63,282 nucleotides of DNA, filler included, from Globobulimina sp. (GCA_003354225.1; 36 parts of 36 records of this genome joined end to end with filler, not necessarily neighbours in it), one strand, 5' to 3'. Shown: positions 1 to 11,339, counted from the whole stretch's first letter. The notes: a model not told the origin generated them from the letters alone. Program-made: numbers and translations.

Positions 1-108
1 TTTCAATTCTTGTCTTAAATTATCTGCCTCATTTCCGTACAGTCAACGTTTGTGTGATAATTAATGCATCGAAACATTAAGTAAGTTTTTCCAATTCGAT
101 TTGTCAGA

Positions 109-1245
109 ATGATTCGGAAATTACTGCTTCAGAGAGTATCCATCGGATCAAGTTTTAGGGGAAATAATAATACCAATGCTGTTCTATGCTCGTTGTATAC
201 CAGATCACGTTGTTACTTTTCAATAAAATTAAACGATAGCTTTCCTACAAACAATGAACAAGAAATTACGAATAAAATTGATACAACATACAACGAATCT
301 GGATACGATGGGTTGTTAACTTTAGCAGACAATACATTCAATGAACAAGATTTCAACGTCACCGCCTTATCATATGAGAGATTGCTAAATTCTGATTATG
401 GTAAACAAAAAGAGGAAAATGAAATTTATAATTTATACTATAAATTCATTGCAACATTACATTTATTGCGTGATTTCGATTCAGCAAAGCATTACATTGA
501 AGATGTGATAATCCCTCGATTTGGAGAGAATTATGATGGAAAACTATACGGATTATACGGCTTAATTTTAAAAGACGGATTTGATGATATTGGATCAGCA
601 GAGGAATGTTTTCAAAAATCAATTGAGTTAAAACCAGGAATTGATAATTTATTTTCTTATTTAAATTATAGTTCAATTTTACATAACAAAGACGATGTTG
701 ATTGGCAATATTTATATAATTTCTCATTGGACATATTATCATTTGCATCATTTGACGCATATATCGTGTCACAACATGCAATAACATGTACTGCATTGGC
801 TAAATATAACGAAGCTGAAACATATTTAAATAATGCATTGGATATCTATTCCAATGCTGATTCAAATCAATTTCTTTCATATTTTCCTGATTTATCACAT
901 ATTTCATTAAAATGTGTGTTACAAATTGTATGCCAATACTGGTTTGATAATAAATTGGATGATAAAATATTATCTCTGTACAATCGGATTGAAAACGATT
1001 ACAATAAAAACGTTTTTATCTCGAAATATTTATTACAAATTATATCACCGATAATGTCTGAAATGCATTGGATTCATAAACAAGATAAAAAGAAAGGCGT
1101 TGAATTTATTTTTGAGAATAAGTTGTTATTGGAACAAGAAGAATATTTTCAAAGTTTAAAATTTATTCATTGTTTCAAATATTGGACGCAATTAAATAAT
1201 TTAAATTGTATCGATGTTATGCAACATGCTGATTTAGTTTTGTAA
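109..1245 (+). CDS. TPR-like helical repeat protein with possible mitochondrial transit peptide
   Basis: 378-aa ORF; Arg/Ser-rich, acid-free N-terminus; TPR-like segments (LYGLYGLILK...SAEECFQKSIELKP; KYNEAETYLNNALDI). Confidence 0.65.
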   Translation: MIRKLLLQRVSIGSSFRGNNNTNAVLCSLYTRSRCYFSIKLNDSFPTNNEQEITNKIDTTYNESGYDGLLTLADNTFNEQDFNVTALSYERLLNSDYGKQKEENEIYNLYYKFIATLHLLRDFDSAKHYIEDVIIPRFGENYDGKLYGLYGLILKDGFDDIGSAEECFQKSIELKPGIDNLFSYLNYSSILHNKDDVDWQYLYNFSLDILSFASFDAYIVSQHAITCTALAKYNEAETYLNNALDIYSNADSNQFLSYFPDLSHISLKCVLQIVCQYWFDNKLDDKILSLYNRIENDYNKNVFISKYLLQIISPIMSEMHWIHKQDKKKGVEFIFENKLLLEQEEYFQSLKFIHCFKYWTQLNNLNCIDVMQHADLVL

Positions 1246-1421
1246 TGGATTATTTGATAATATTGCAGAGAAAATATTGCAATTTGATGCAAATAATGTG
1301 ATGGGATATGGAATGTAAATACAAACTCGAACGCAGACAAGTAATGGACGCGAATGTTGTCATTGAATTTGGATGGTTTGCTGGATGGCAACACTGATGA
1401 TTCTGACTCGGATTCGCACTG

Positions 1422-1662
1422 ATGCAAATGAAGCTCGGCTGTAATAAGGATGTGTTGCCGCAGAAATCCAATGATCCCTCGTCGGATTATCATAAATATC
1501 TAACTTTGTGCGAGAGCATTAATGTGCCGCTGTTTATAGTGATCACAAAATCTGATATTGACTGTGATTTTGGGTATAAATTATTGCCCAAAATGCTGGA
1601 CAAAATATCTGTAGTAATCAGTCATAAATCACACAATAAACTAAAAATGCAACAAATTGAGA
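1422..1662 (+). CDS. Fragment resembling the G4 region of a GTPBP1/2-type translational GTPase
   Basis: YLTLCESINVPLFIVITKSDID resembles the hydrophobic strand plus TKxD motif; no upstream G1-G3 motifs in frame; cut by contig end. Confidence 0.35.
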
Positions 1663-1762
1663 NNNNNNNNNNNNNNNNNNNNNNNNNNNNNNNNNNNNNN
1701 NNNNNNTTAATTAATTAANNNNNNNNNNNNNNNNNNNNNNNNNNNNNNNNNNNNNNNNNNNN
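1663..1762. other. Artificial contig linker (first of 35; last at 61524-61623)
   Basis: N44-TTAATTAATTAA-N44 with stops in all six frames recurs every ~1760 nt; intervening contig lengths fall monotonically from 1662 to 1659 nt. Confidence 0.99.
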
Positions 1763-2955
1763 AGTTTTTTGTTATAACTTTGTGGAAAAAACGTTTCTGT
1801 ATAATTACAAATTATCACCTATGTAAAAAATAATGTTTCTGTATAAAAAATAATGTATACAAATTATGACCTATGTACGATGGGGTTGTTATCCAGTCAT
1901 TTCTTGATGTTTTGTTGAAATTATCATCACTTGCAATTGGACTGTAAATAATTGACCATTGAAATTTAACAAATCCGGCACTATGAGGAGTAATGGGTTT
2001 CTATTAAGTTAAATTACTTTCTTATATTGTCAGTTTATATACCGATAATACACAAATAATGGTGTAAAATATGAGACATAGTATCAGACCAATACTAATT
2101 CCATATGGACAGATTAATATTACTGTTAGCTTAAAATATTAATCATAAGAGTCGAATCCATGCAATATGTTGACATTTGTGATGTACGCATACTATTTTA
2201 TATATATCCCATTACAATGTACATAATATGTGATTTGGAACATATCAAAACATTCAAATAAGGTATACGTCAAAACATTCAAAAATGATTATTTATCCCA
2301 TCAAAAAGGTGACAAGTAAATGTTATATGATTACAAAATATTTACCTGATTACATAATGACATATATGAGGTATATGATTACGAAATATATGATGAGATA
2401 TTAAACTGTTTTCAAAAAACATTGTCGGGTTTCCACGGTATTTTACGCAGTGAAGTTTAAAGGATTTGCAAACAGTTTAATATCCTGAAAGCATTAAATC
2501 CATAAATGCGTAGGACAATGATTGCAGAATTGTAGCATTCACTGTCATTGAGATATGGACCGTTGTTTTAATATTTCTTATCCATATCCATGGCCATGAA
2601 CCAAAAGTTGCAATTACATCCAAAGTTTATTTTATGAACGTTAAGGATTCAGGGATTTCATACTCTGCAGATCGACATATGTAATACCTCCAAATCCTTA
2701 AAGTTTAATTCCACGACAATAATTGTTCAAAAAATTAGTTTATTATAATTGGTATATATGTGGCATGTTATTTGATGTTGTATGTAATATACGTTTTAAT
2801 TTTACATGTCAAGGTATAAAAAAATGTTAGAAATGTCAAAATATTGCAGATTATATTGGATTGGCTCTTATATGCATGAATGTCATACTATATTATACAG
2901 TTCACATTGTTTGTTTTTATCTGTATATATATTATATAATAATTATGCATATTAA

Positions 2956-3424
2956 TTGTACAACAAATTAGTTTTCGGCATAGTTTCATGCTCTTTTGTA
3001 TCTATCGTAAACGGAATCATTTGTGGAGATGTAACCGCCGGTGGCTGTGACGCATGTAACGAAGCAGAATGCGCTACGTTTGAATGTACGAGCAATATTA
3101 CGTGTTTCGGGGGTGATTTAGACAGAGGATGTCAATGGGCGAATATTGGTAACCCAGATCCAGAAAAGGGTCCGATATGTGTTCCAGTTTGTGAGTGCAC
3201 CGAATGTGATGAACTTTGTACTAATAATGGTCAAACAGACTGTGAATGTGGTGTACATTCTGCGGATATAAATTGTTGTGGGATGGATATTGGGAATGAG
3301 ATTTTTGGTTCAAAGACATGTACATTCACATCAAATGAATGTGTATCTAAAGAGTATGTATCTTTAATTCAATTGTTTTATAATTCCAAAAATAAACAGC
3401 GGGACACCATTCCCTTCGATATCT
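2956..3424 (+). CDS. Cysteine-rich secreted/surface protein, partial
   Basis: Hydrophobic N-terminus ending VNG, then about 20 Cys in ~115 aa; start codon uncertain (TTG). Confidence 0.55.
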
Positions 3425-3714
3425 NNNNNNNNNNNNNNNNNNNNNNNNNNNNNNNNNNNNNNNNNNNNTTAATTAATTAANNNNNNNNNNNNNNNNNNNN
3501 NNNNNNNNNNNNNNNNNNNNNNNNGCGGTCCATTGGATAAGAGATGCAGAGCGTGTCTCAATTATGTTGTGTTGGGGAATACCAATGATTTGACACAATT
3601 GACAGAAATCAACAGTGCCAGCAATGCAGAAAACAAATCCTGAAATGTACAAAAAAATCCGTTTTTCTATGTCAAGACATACATTATTTCTAAATATTAA
3701 ACCATATTCAAATA

Positions 3715-4338
3715 TTGTATACAAAATATGTTGTAATTATTGCTCCAATTTATCCACTAAAAACAGTTTTTTCACCTTTTCATCAACAAAAAAAACTTAC
3801 TCGCCCTCTTTTTACCACGTACATCCTAATGCACTCCGTGCTCCGACGCAAACGTTTTGACCCATCGATGCATTCATCAGTTATGGAGGAGGAGGAAGAA
3901 AAAAAAATCTCTTTAAACGCAGCTGACGAATATCGTCATTTTCCACGCAGTCAACGAGATGATTCTGACAATGACTCAACGTCAGATGCATCTTATCATT
4001 CTTATGAGCATGAAAAAGGTGACAACCAATATTCTACAATAATAAAAGAATTATATAAAATAAAAAAACAATCAAAACATCAATACAATGGATTAAAAGG
4101 GCAAATCAATGAAGTGACCTATGCACAACGTTTTGCTTGCGATTGCAATCAAATTCTAGAATCAAGAAATAAGAGAACACGACGGTGTCTCTCAATTGTA
4201 GTGGCGACGCTGTATCTATTTGCATTTATAATCGCATTCCATGATAAATTAATTAATTGGCGATGCGTATACATTATCCATCGATATCAAATCATTGCTC
4301 AAAAAATACATAAATATATGAGCCAAGACATGATTTGA
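3715..4338 (+). CDS. Hypothetical acidic/coiled-coil protein with C-terminal TM helix
   Basis: ORF with poly-E, D/S-rich stretch, heptad region and hydrophobic CLSIVVATLYLFAFIIAF; true start probably a downstream ATG. Confidence 0.4.
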   Translation: MYTKYVVIIAPIYPLKTVFSPFHQQKKLTRPLFTTYILMHSVLRRKRFDPSMHSSVMEEEEEKKISLNAADEYRHFPRSQRDDSDNDSTSDASYHSYEHEKGDNQYSTIIKELYKIKKQSKHQYNGLKGQINEVTYAQRFACDCNQILESRNKRTRRCLSIVVATLYLFAFIIAFHDKLINWRCVYIIHRYQIIAQKIHKYMSQDMI

Positions 4339-5183
4339 GAAATTTTGAGAAATTTTAATTGCTTTCAATCTATACAAATTTCTCAAATTTCTCATAAATT
4401 TCTCAAACCTATTACTTTGATATTAATTTATCAAATTTCTCAAAATTCATCAGATTTCTCTCAATTTATCAAATTTCTCAAAATCTACAGTAAATTTAGC
4501 CATTGTAAGACTGATATATCATGGCTTTACAGTCCAAAAACATTGCATATATCATTCGATCAATATAATGGTTTGCATAAATACTGCATCCATAGAACAT
4601 CTATCATTGTTTTGTTCGATAAATCTGTATTATATATCACATTGCCATCCATTATGCTCATGATCACAAAATATATAAATATCTGTTGGATTATTGACAA
4701 ACATAAACTCGTATATCACAAATATTTATTGTAGTGGATGTATGTGGATGGTAGCTTTGATTTAATTTGTTGCGGTGGTGTTGTTGTTTTATGTTATGAA
4801 ATGTGTGGTTAATCAAAGCTATGCAATTAACAAAATAATACCACACCAATATAACAAATAAAAATGCATTGGATCATGCAATATGGTATTGATACTAATG
4901 CATTGGTACTAATGCATTAATACACAATTGAATACATCCTATCATCCATGGAATGCGTGTGTTATTGCATATCATATTCATATTCTATTATTATCTTCCA
5001 AATTTCTGCTGGAATCTCATTAACAATATGGTGCAAACAATTTTGTAATATGGAAATATTTAAATATGTATAAATTTGAGAAATTTGAATAGATTTGATA
5101 GATTTGAGAAATTTATGAATCACATAATTCAGACAAACTAGTTGATTTGAGAAATTCATGAGAGATTTGACAAATTTGAATCT
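4332..5183. repeat. Inverted arrays of degenerate CAAATTTCT/AGAAATTTG motifs
   Basis: Many caaatttctc-type units at ~4375-4482 and their reverse complement gagaaatttg at ~5071-5183. Confidence 0.7.
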
Positions 5184-5666
5184 GGTNNNNNNNNNNNNNN
5201 NNNNNNNNNNNNNNNNNNNNNNNNNNNNNNTTAATTAATTAANNNNNNNNNNNNNNNNNNNNNNNNNNNNNNNNNNNNNNNNNNNNGATAGAAAGGAACA
5301 TGATAGAGTGGCTAAGCAGAGTTGTGAAGAAGCAATGCAGTCAAGAAATGAGCTTAATGATGAATGTCTTATATCGTAACCAATATAATTTGTTTTTTAA
5401 CCTTATTTTTTCAAAATTGGTGCTAACTGGTTTTTGTTAATTATCTTGTACATATATTATATCCCATGAATGAATTTGAAAATTACAGGTATCATAAATG
5501 AGACGTTTCCTGCTTTGAAATTCAAATGTTTATTTTTTTTTTGGTTTGCAGTTTGGATAGTTTCTGCAGCGATAGATGTCTCCCATAAAACAAGTACATG
5601 ACAACGTCCATAAACCTGAGCGATCAACTCAATCGGAGTTAATCCACGTGCAATCGATCACCACAT

Positions 5667-5724
5667 TCACTGCAGTCACAATACTCACCACAATAAATTA
5701 GCTCAATAGTTGTGACTGCAGTGA
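5667..5724. repeat. Perfect 15-bp inverted repeat
   Basis: TCACTGCAGTCACAA (5667-5681) and TTGTGACTGCAGTGA (5710-5724), 28-nt spacer. Confidence 0.85.
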
Positions 5725-5847
5725 CTTATAATTATGCCATAAAAGTGCAAGGTGTGTGCGTAGCTCATAGCATCGGATTTTAACCTTGCAGTTGATAGTT
5801 GTGCCTGTAGCGCATCGATCACATAACGCATGGACGCAGTCATAATA

Positions 5848-6906
5848 TTAGTTTGCAAATTGACTCTCTTTTTCTTGCCAAACAGTTTTTAATTCATATT
5901 TGACATCATCACCAAGTACATTATATTTCTCTGCGTAAATCCTCGCATTCTCCAAATTCTTCAATACCATATTCAACAATCTTTTATTTACATCCCCAAT
6001 CATCTCATTTCTTAACCCCTTTCTATCCACTTTATCACCAATATGTTTCGCGCAATCTATCAAATATTGTGTATAGTTCCTATGGCATAGTCTCATAACA
6101 CTAAATAAATCGTCCTCTTCCAACTTATACTTCTTCCCATCCGGTGAGCATATAATAATTGGTCCAACCTCATACTCACAAACATATTCCCATAATTCCG
6201 ACAATATTCCGCTACATTCTTCCACATTGCCTTTCTTTCCATGTCGCACTGCTCGAAAATATATCTTTTCACATCTTTTAATAACACATAAATGTCTGAT
6301 AAAATCCAACTGATTTTCAAATTTAATCACACTGTTTTTTTCTCTATTTTTCAACAACGCATCTTTTAATTCCTTCTCATTCATCGACAATATCATTGTC
6401 GCCGTATCTGCCGCTAAATATATTTTCAGTTTCAAACCATTTGTTTTTTTTTGCACCTTTGAAGTTTCTGACAGTTTGAAACTGAAAATTTTTAATTTCA
6501 GTTTGAAACTATATGCAATTTTTGCTTTCAGTTTTAAAGCATATCGGAAATTTTCAGAAATTTCAAAGCAAACAAAACATTCAGTTTGAGACTGTAACAT
6601 AATAGGCTCAGATTCATCTGATTCCATATTTTCAATCTGTTCATTTTGTACAATAAATCCGCAATTTTTCCCATCAAAATAGGTATTTATTGGAAACTCC
6701 ATAGGTTTTGTATATTTTACAAATTTTTTAAACTGTGGATACTGGATAACAATTTCAGCGATAGTATCTAAATGGGGATCGAGCAAGGAAATATTGCCAT
6801 TTTCTCCATATTTAAATGCAGTCTGTATTGCCTGCTGCAATCTCGGTAATATTGTTGCATTATATTCATTATTAAAATAGGTGTTTGCCAGTGGCGAGGC
6901 TGGCAT
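5848..6906 (-). CDS. Hypothetical protein; ORF reads through a repetitive segment that is probably an intron or insertion (~6414-6600)
   Basis: Protein-like N- and C-terminal parts flank a stretch of repeated TTCAGTTTSAAAC units ending in a minus-strand acceptor-like ATATTTAG at 6414. Confidence 0.45.
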   Translation of the reverse strand: MPASPLANTYFNNEYNATILPRLQQAIQTAFKYGENGNISLLDPHLDTIAEIVIQYPQFKKFVKYTKPMEFPINTYFDGKNCGFIVQNEQIENMESDESEPIMLQSQTECFVCFEISENFRYALKLKAKIAYSFKLKLKIFSFKLSETSKVQKKTNGLKLKIYLAADTATMILSMNEKELKDALLKNREKNSVIKFENQLDFIRHLCVIKRCEKIYFRAVRHGKKGNVEECSGILSELWEYVCEYEVGPIIICSPDGKKYKLEEDDLFSVMRLCHRNYTQYLIDCAKHIGDKVDRKGLRNEMIGDVNKRLLNMVLKNLENARIYAEKYNVLGDDVKYELKTVWQEKESQFAN

Positions 6907-7049
6907 TATTTCATTGTTTTTTATTTTACGATTGATGACAACACCTCCNNNNNNNNNNNNNNNNNNNNNNNNNNNNNNNNNNNNNNNNNNNNTTAATTAA
7001 TTAANNNNNNNNNNNNNNNNNNNNNNNNNNNNNNNNNNNNNNNNNNNNG

Positions 7050-7178
7050 TCCTTCCTATATTTCAACAAATATACTGCCGGCGTCGGCTGCGTCTCGTGC
7101 GCCTATGTCATGTTCGTCATGTCGTGGTTGTACGCCCTGTTGGCACTGCTTCCCACCATAGTCATATTTGTATGGGTG
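7050..7178 (+). CDS. SLC12 cation-chloride cotransporter fragment (last two TM helices)
   Basis: My translation SFLYFNKYTAGVGCVSCAYVMFVMSWLYALLALLPTIVIFVWV matches the SLC12 pattern F-x-Y-F-N-x-W...C...MF..SW.YAL; not in the ORF track; similarity stops abruptly. Confidence 0.55.
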
Positions 7179-7277
7179 GCAGAGGGTTGTAGGGGGTGCA
7201 AAATAACACATTTAATCATAGCATATTGGCGAGCGTGGCGAGCGTAGCGATCCATTTATCGCAATCCATAGAAGATA

Positions 7278-7341
7278 GTGATAATAGCTCAATGAGAGCA
7301 TCTTATTCAATAAGATTTGGGTTCAAATCCCAATTATCACA
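7278..7341 (+). tRNA. Compact non-canonical tRNA-like element (64 nt, UCA at the anticodon position)
   Basis: GTGATAA/TTATCAC acceptor, GCTC/GAGC D stem, ATCTT-ATTCAAT-AAGAT anticodon arm, TTGGG-TTCAAAT-CCCAA T arm, followed by T7; no variable loop and no D-loop GG. Confidence 0.6.
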
Positions 7342-7658
7342 GTTTTTTTCAAGTAACTTAAGGTTTTAGCCAATTGTGTGTGTGTTTTTTCGTTTCTATT
7401 TTATTTGGTATTTTTGCAATATTAAACGTGACTTTTATAGTAGTCAAATAAAAGTTTTTTATAGGCGTTTTTTGGAATAAAATAATTGATGTATTTTTTT
7501 GATCTTGTTTTTTTTAGTCAAACTTTTCACAAACAAAAACTTCAAACACTTTTTCCAAATCATTGAAATGCTGCATGGCTTTGATGGTAATTAATTATTT
7601 TATTTTATACGAATATTAAGGATACGTGTTTTGGTTCAAATATCAACCGTCGTTGGCC

Positions 7659-7786
7659 AAAATACACGTTGTCGGCATACTGACAGTAACTAGAGTCGAA
7701 ATTGGGGGTCATGCCTATTCCTCTCTTTATAACCCAGTGCCTGACCGGTTCCTAATTCGGCTGGGGCTGTCTCGGCAATGTATTTT
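7659..7786 (+). ncRNA. Long imperfect hairpin, candidate structured RNA or foldback element
   Basis: Nested helices AAAATAC/GTATTTT, GTTGTCG/CGGCAAT, GACAG/CTGTC, AGTCGA/TCGGCT, ATTGGG/CCTAAT, GGTCA/TGACC; GC-richer than flanks. Confidence 0.4.
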
Positions 7787-8537
7787 ATGGATTGATTTGG
7801 TTGGATATTATTTATATGAATTTTTATCTATCTATTTTTCTCTTCCTCTCTTTCTCAAATCTTATATATTTAAATAAAAAACAAAAATAGCGCGAGCTGC
7901 TGGCCTGCCTTTTTGCTGCTGCTGCTAGCTACAATTAATTGCAATTTCATAATCATCAAATTATAATTCCTTTTGTTTGTACATGCCCTATAAATAAGCC
8001 ACAAAATCTTAAATCAGATACGTTTTGATTGTGTTTTTTTGTTTTTTTTTGTGTTTTGTGAATGTAAAATATAATATTATCAGAACGATGGCGTGCGATA
8101 TGGTGGATCGAATTGGTCGATAATAAATAATAAATCATATCCAGTGCGGACACGACGAAATTGTGTCATTATTATTTTGCACAATTTTACCACGCAGCAA
8201 TCATTTAACATCACCGATATTCACTGAATTGGCCGCATGCAGTATTATATGGACCGAAGTAAGTTACATTTGGCGCGCTGCTTGTTATTAGGCGACACAA
8301 ATATGTTCCTGTCCACCTGGCATGCAGTACAAATATAGTAATTGCATTTGGCTCCAAATCAGATCTTCCATATTGTTTTGAGCCGTATTGTCTGAATCTC
8401 AATGAAATTAATGGCATTCGACAGAATAGAAAACAAAACAATTTGTATCGCGTGTGACACGACTCTTCTTGCTTTCAAATAAATTAATTATGTTTTTAGG
8501 TAGGACCAAGTGAACTATCTTTTTTCACTGACAGACC

Positions 8538-8710
8538 ATGGCAAGCTCTGAATATCAAGACATGGATGATACCGCATTCACCAGCTCTCACGAAAACAGT
8601 CTGTATGATTTATCCGCTTCGACCAGCACTCTCACAATCGAAGAAGTGGAAATCGAGCATACAACCGATCGCGAATCCTACCAATTGCAGCCGAGACAAC
8701 CGCTCTCCAT
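8538..8710 (+). CDS. 5' end of hypothetical protein
   Basis: ACC-ATG-G start after AT-rich leader; frame open to contig end. Confidence 0.45.
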
Positions 8711-8810
8711 NNNNNNNNNNNNNNNNNNNNNNNNNNNNNNNNNNNNNNNNNNNNTTAATTAATTAANNNNNNNNNNNNNNNNNNNNNNNNNNNNNNNNNN
8801 NNNNNNNNNN

Positions 8811-8897
8811 TTTTCGATTTTTTGGATTTCCGTGAAAAAAATAATTCCCATGATTCACGGAAATATTGTTTTTCACGGAAATCCAAAAAATCGAAAA
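8811..8897. repeat. Perfect 29-bp inverted repeat (MITE/foldback-like)
   Basis: 8811-8839 is the exact reverse complement of 8869-8897; extra TTCACGGAAAT copy in the spacer; left arm cut by contig start. Confidence 0.85.
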
Positions 8898-9068
8898 AAG
8901 TACTGTTTTTATGAAATTAAAAGTTTTGAGGAATCAAAAAAAACCACACTTACAAAGTTGCATCGTTTCAAAAGTAGTAATACCCATATTACGTAATTTA
9001 ACATTCCCTAAAAACAATTTAAGATTTAATGTACATGTGATATTAAACAATAATATATTGAAATTTAT

Positions 9069-10289
9069 TTACGTTTTCCAAGTCTTGGTAGCTTGATGAC
9101 CATTTTTGACAGTTTTATACCCACCAAACGGTCCAATAGGGACAGATTGAGCACCACGTAATTTTGGACGATTTTGTGATTCCATTAAATTCACAGAAAA
9201 TCTTTTGTTCGTATCATTATCTTTACCGATTGCAACTATCCGTTTTAATGACTCAACAATGGCTAATTTCGGTTTTGATGATGGCGGTGTATCATCGTTT
9301 TCATTTTTTAATTTGGGAGCGGGAGCCGGAGAAACTAATATTGGCTCCATTGCATACGGTGAATATGTCTGTTTTTCTGCATCATTTGAGTTCATTCGTT
9401 GTATTAATTGCTTATTAGATGAAGCTGTCACAGTTGATTTAATGGAAGAAATTTGTACTTTGGTTGTGTGAGTATACGTTGGTTGACTTGGTTCGACGAT
9501 ACCATTTACTTTGGATGTTGATGTTGGTCGCGTACTGTCTGATACTTCCATACGAGCTAATTTTCTTTTTTCGCAACAACGATGCAATGAATGACAGCAT
9601 TTGTCATAAATATGATTATTCCACGAAAATAAAAGAAAAATACCAACAGCACTCACTGTGCAATCAAGCACTATCCAGAATATTGCCGCTGGTATCCACT
9701 CCGTCGAAAACGTCATAAATTGCACCAAAAACACCATAAGAAAACACGCAAACGAGGTACATATCGCAATTGGCACTAAAATTGATTGCTTGATGATTAC
9801 ATAAAGAACATCTTTATCAACATTGTTGGTTAAGGTATCATCAGTGCTTAATGTGATGGACAGTGTTGCTATTATATTATTTGTAAACTACTTAGTAACA
9901 TTAGTAACGTACAGATTATTCCACTTATCTGTAAAACATATAATATAATCAACACTTTATATAAAATACCTTGTCGCTGCGCTTAGACCTAACAATAAAT
10001 TTGCTTTCCGAACAAATAAAACACATAAAATGCTGGATAAAAAGATAAAAAAAGCCATCCAGATAAAAATCAAAACCAAAAAAACATTCATCATTTCAAA
10101 TGCCAACGCAACGACCATAAAAACATTGAATATGAGAAACAGAATGAATGTGAGGTACAATGATCTAATAAGAATTGGTGGATACTGCACAGCAGAATTA
10201 TGGAAAGCGTCATCAATTCGTGTAATAAACACGTAAACCATCAACGTTTGTGATAATGTATACAAACCTATCGATGCCTTGGAGCACAT
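9069..10289 (-). CDS. 7TM GPCR-like membrane protein (two exons seen; intron 9929-9969)
   Basis: Successive hydrophobic helices, GT..AG 41-nt intron joining ORFs 9957-10289 and 9069-9776, last helix followed by N..YDKCC..LH.CC and a long polar tail; 5' end unresolved. Confidence 0.6.
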
Positions 10290-10572
10290 ATCGCTAACAA
10301 TGGTATGATGATAGAAATCGTTTGTTATTATTGTAAGTATGGTAGTAATTAAGCGGCAGTGAGGCTTTTCTTCAATTATGAAATTATGACGCTAATTATC
10401 TTATCAGACTCAGCTACATTCAGACTCAGCTACATTTACTGGACTTAGATGGTTTTTGAGTTGTACATGTAANNNNNNNNNNNNNNNNNNNNNNNNNNNN
10501 NNNNNNNNNNNNNNNNTTAATTAATTAANNNNNNNNNNNNNNNNNNNNNNNNNNNNNNNNNNNNNNNNNNNN

Positions 10573-11086
10573 TTTCCCCAAATATTATCGATATGGTACC
10601 TTCTGTAATTGCCGTTTATCCTCGATATTATCAATATGGTACCTACTGCTACAGTCGTTTCCACCTAATACTATCAATATGTTACCTATACAACTGCCTT
10701 TTCCCAATATTATTATCAATGTGGTACCTACTGCAACTGCCATTTTCCTCAATATTATCAATATGGTATGTACTGCAACTGCCGTTTTTCCCCAATATTA
10801 TTAATATGATACCTACTATAACTGCCGTTTCCCTATATTATCAATATTATACCTATAGTAACTGCCGTTTTCCCCCATATTATTAATATGGTACCTATAG
10901 GGTAATTGCCATTTTCGAATCGCCAAAAATGAAAAAATGATTCTGAACTCTGGTATGTATGCCCCTCAAGTTTCAGCTCAATCGGTCTAGTAGAAAAATT
11001 TTATGCTCTCGGAGACAGGACAAAAACAAAAGGAAAAAAAACACTGGACAGTCGTGACGACTAGGTGGCCCTTTGGGGTCACAAAA
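10573..11086 (+). mobile_element. Non-autonomous Helentron/HINE-like element with internal ~42-bp tandem array
   Basis: About 8 diverged copies of TTTTCCCCAATATTATCAATATGGTACCTACTGCAACTGCCG (10573-10911), AAGTTTCAGCTCAATCGG (10968-10985), palindrome AGTCGTGACGACT (11050-11062), hairpin GTGGCCC-TTTG-GGGTCAC (11065-11082), then AAAA. Confidence 0.55.
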
Positions 11087-11339
11087 GCAATGTGTCATCA
11101 ACACTTAATAGCTATTTTGTACATGTTTGTATGCATTCCCTACATTTAAACATTTATCCTAATTAGAAACGCATAACAAACATACAATGAATAATTATCA
11201 ATTTCATTTTTATATACTTACCAAAATCTTCAAATAAAACGATTTCGAAATACAAAACGCAGTTAATACAACCTCTAAATAATGAAAAAACAGCTATGAC
11301 TGATCGTTTATATAGTAAAAAGATGGAAGAAACTCGTCT

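Noticed and set aside
1870-2730. Minus-strand membrane-protein exons and TAA read-through in contig 2
   Set aside because: One plausible 42-nt intron exists, but upstream frames have several stops and no recognisable family; TAA is a normal stop elsewhere.
7278-7341. Selenocysteine tRNA
   Set aside because: Lacks the long variable arm and the extended acceptor/D stems of tRNA-Sec.
10573-10911. CRISPR array or the 97-aa ORF 10593-10886
   Set aside because: Units are contiguous diverged tandem copies with no unique spacers and no cas genes; the ORF is translated repeat.
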